From Eledone cirrhosa (Eukaryota), in assembly GCA_964016885.1 (NCBI GenBank), contig OZ024763.1:25172001-25236000 (forward strand): a stretch of 64,000 nucleotides of DNA. Direction: 5' to 3'. Numbering within the stretch: the stretch's first letter is position 1; each line of letters opens with the position of its first letter. Shown piece by piece: positions 60,730-64,000 of this stretch. The notes beneath the pieces were generated by a model. It saw nothing but the letters and a program-made list of their open reading frames with translations. It had not been told where the DNA came from and made no database searches. Position numbers and translations under genes: made by a program.

Positions 60730-60945
60730 CCTTGTCTGGCTTTCTGGAGAATAGAGGAAAGGTGTTTCCTCAAAAACCAGTATGACTCTAAAAACCGGTT
60801 TGTCTGTGTGTTTACATACAGAATAGCTGGCCACTCACAGTAAAGTGACCAGTGAAAAAACTTGGTACATCTACATATGTATACGTGTGTGTATTCATAT
60901 ACATACTAGTATTTCAGTATACATATATGGATGTACATCTTTAAC

Positions 60946-61001
<56 letters not shown>

Positions 61002-61162
61002 ATATATATATATATTTATCTATTTATTTATCTTAGCAATTTTAATTTTCTAGTACATTGTATGGTTTTCAAAATATATATATAATGGGATTGTTTTAAG
61101 GGATGTTTTACAGATTTTTCTCCCCTTTTTCTCTTTTCTTTTTTAGACATATTTTTATAGTA

Positions 61163-61194
<32 letters not shown>

Positions 61195-61224
61195 AGATCA
61201 AAAGATGGTTAAAGGAGTTCCATG

Positions 61225-61295
61225 TATTTTATTATGCGCATTTCAAAAACAAACATCATCATGCAATAATATTTGTGTTTTCATCAGATAAAACA
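61225..61295 (-). ncRNA. Type I hammerhead ribozyme (family E)
   Basis: Same fold as 45635-45705 with pairing-preserving substitutions in stem II. Confidence 0.78.
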
Positions 61296-62519
61296 GGAGG
61301 ACATGATATGAAGGCTAAAAAACACTTGTGGATAGTGCAGTTTTAAATCAACATATGAAAAGTAATTTTAGATTGATGTGTGATATTGGGAAAATATTAT
61401 TGCATGATGATGTTTGTTTTTGAAATGCGCATAATAAAATACATGGAACTCCTTTAACCATCTTTTGATCTTATATATTATGTATACTCCAGTCCTACAA
61501 ACTGTAGAGTGCTTCTTATCCGATATCTGCATTGCTTTATTGTACTACAATAAAACTCACCTCCTACATTATATATATATATATTACTATAATATGGAAG
61601 AATATGGAAGGCTAGAAGAAATTAGTCGAAAACAAAAATGTTATACATACATACACACACACGCGTATATATATATATATATATTAGAATTTAACGTAGA
61701 TTCTTAGTTGTTCTGAGATTTTTATAGTTGTTGTTGTTATTGTTAATTTAACAAGCGTCTTGTTATTGTTATTGTTGTCTTAAACAGGACTGTTGTTCTC
61801 GATTTAAACAACAGTGTTGTTGTTTTTAACAAGGGTGTTGTTGATGTTTTAAACACGGCGTTGTTGTTGTTTGCTGTTGTTGTCTTAACAAGAATGCTTT
61901 ATCGCTCGTTTTTTTTTTTCTTTTTAATTTTTTTTTCACAAGTCTATTGTTGCTCTGGTTGTTGTTGCTGTTGTTTTAACTTTAATAGTTTTGATATTGT
62001 TGTTGTTTTAACAACTCTGCTGTTGTTGTTGTTATTGTTGGTGTAGGTGGTGGTGATAGTGCTGGTGGTGATATATGTGCAGGTGGTTGTAGTGGTGGTG
62101 GTGGTGATAGTGCTGGTGGTAGTGGTGGTGATGGAGTTGGTGGAGGAGGCGGTGATAGTGCTGCTGCTGGTGGTGGTGGTGGTGGTGGTGGTAGTGTTTT
62201 TCAAACAGAAATTCGCTTCCTTTGGACTTTGTCTTTGATAAATCTCCAAAAACTCACAAGAAACAATTCTTCACACTTCTAAAACTTCTAAAATATCCTT
62301 ATCAAATATGGCGACCAAGAGAGAGAAGAAAAAATGCACTTCTTTATAATTGCTGTGTTCTTGCTGTTGTTGTTGTTCTTGGTGTTTTTGTTGCTGTTGT
62401 TGTTGTTGCTGTTCTTGTTGTTGTTGTTGGTGGTGGTGTTGTTGTTTCTTCACCATTGGATTCCTCCAGAAATATCCGGAAACAACAAACATTTAAAATG
62501 GCTTCTCACTATTTTTGAT

Positions 62520-63537
62520 TTAGTAGTAGTAGTAGTAGTGGTGGTGGTGGTGGTTGTAGTAGTAGTACTGGTGGTGGTGGTGGTGGTAGTTGTGGGGGTG
62601 GTTGTGGGTTGTTGTGGTAGTGGTGGTTGTAGTAGTAGTACTGGTAGTGGTGGTGGTAGTTGTGGTGGTAGTAGTAGCAGTAGTAGGAGTAGTAGTAGTA
62701 GTCTGGAATGTTGCTGTCTTTTGTGTTTATATCTTGCATTGTTTCTTTGATTATTTTCTTTGTTTTTTTACCGTTGTTTCCTGTTGTTGATGATGATGGT
62801 GGTGGTGGTGGTGGTGGTGGTGGTGGTGGTGGTGGTGGTGGTGGTGGTGGTGGTGGTGGTGGTGGTGGTGGAAATGTAGTTGTAGTTTCCTGTTGAAGGT
62901 GATGGTGATGATGATGATGACGTTGATGGTGGTGGTGGTGTAGTTGTAGTTTCCTGTTGAAGGTGATGGTGATGGTGATGATGATGATGATGATGACGTT
63001 GATGGTGGTGGTGGTGTAGTTGTAGTTTCCTGTTGAAGATGATGATGATAATGATGGTAGTGTAGTTGTTATTATTGTTGTTGTTGTTGTTGCTGTTGTT
63101 TCCTGTTGATGATGGTGATGGTGGTGATGATGATGATGATGATGATGATGGTGATGGTGATGATGATGGAGATGGTGATGGTGATGATGATGGTGATGGT
63201 GATGATAGTGATGGTGATGGTGATGATGATGGTGATGGTGATGATAGTGATGGTGATGGTGATGATGATGATGATGATAGTGATGGTGGTGATGATGGTG
63301 GTGATGGTGATGATGATGATGATAGTGATGATAATGATGGTGATGATGATGGCGATGGAGATGGTGATAATGATGATGATGGTGATGGTGATGGTGATGA
63401 TTGTTGTCTTGCGTTTTGTCATTTTTTTTCCTATTGAAGATGGCGATGATGATGATGAGGATGATGATGTAGTTATTGTTGTATTTTTTTATCACTTTTG
63501 ACTGCTGCTGTTGGTGATGATGATGATGATGATGATA

Positions 63538-63568
<31 letters not shown>

Positions 63569-63600
63569 TGGTGATGAGGATGTTGTTGTTGTTGTTCTGC
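62520..63600. repeat. (GGT)n/(GAT)n trinucleotide tracts
   Basis: Direct reading. Confidence 0.9.
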
Positions 63601-63721
63601 TTGTAGGTATGTCCTACTGGATTTCATACGAGTGTTACATACACACACATATATATGTATATATATAGATATACATATATATATATATACATATATATGT
63701 ATGTATATGTATATATATATA

Positions 63722-63820
<99 letters not shown>

Positions 63821-63855
63821 ATATATATATATATGTATGTATACATGTGTGTATA

Positions 63856-63887
<32 letters not shown>

Positions 63888-63895
63888 CATACAAA

Positions 63896-63941
<46 letters not shown>

Positions 63942-64000
63942 TATGCATACATATATATATGTATATATATATGTATATATATATGTATATATATGTATAT

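Larger units (their letters stand above)
59358..60951. repeat. 467-bp hammerhead-bearing repeat (family B): ~1.25 units forward, inversion at ~59940, ~2.2 units reversed
   Basis: Identical spurious ORFs at 59548(+), 60185(-) and 60652(-) give a 467-bp period; TA-flanked. Confidence 0.93.

Noticed and set aside
59548-60834. Thrice-repeated 60-aa ORF (MASYSVCKHT...)
   Set aside because: Starts at GTG, is antisense to the hammerhead, and its N-terminus is frameshifted in the 32.3-kb copy; a by-product of the 467-bp repeat

Overview
Repeat-saturated, AT-rich animal genomic DNA, probably a cephalopod/octopus judging from the SINE families (inference). No host protein-coding gene can be called with confidence, and almost all ORFs in the track are translations of (TA)n, (CAC)n, (GT)n or (GA)n microsatellites. 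Recognisable elements are a decayed 5'-truncated L1/Tx1-type LINE plus a stack of 3' fragments sitting in (TCTA)n, a CRE-like endonuclease fragment, many tRNA-derived SINEs, a probable non-autonomous Helitron, minisatellites and a 200-N gap. The main hidden signal is RNA-level. By eye I find about 35 type I hammerhead ribozyme motifs (CUGANGA...GAAA...NUH with paired stems I and II and a very short, often palindromic stem III) in at least 8 sequence families. They lie in (TA)n-flanked elements with the tandem and inverted architecture of Penelope-like retroelements (PLEs). The most striking is an array of ~14.3 apparently identical 310-bp units (52145-56583), each carrying one extended hammerhead, which suggests a retrozyme-like self-cleaving or circular RNA. 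A 467-bp hammerhead repeat and a hammerhead family joined to a PLE GIY-YIG endonuclease C-terminus point to the likely mobilising machinery. All structures were folded by eye, and activity is untested.
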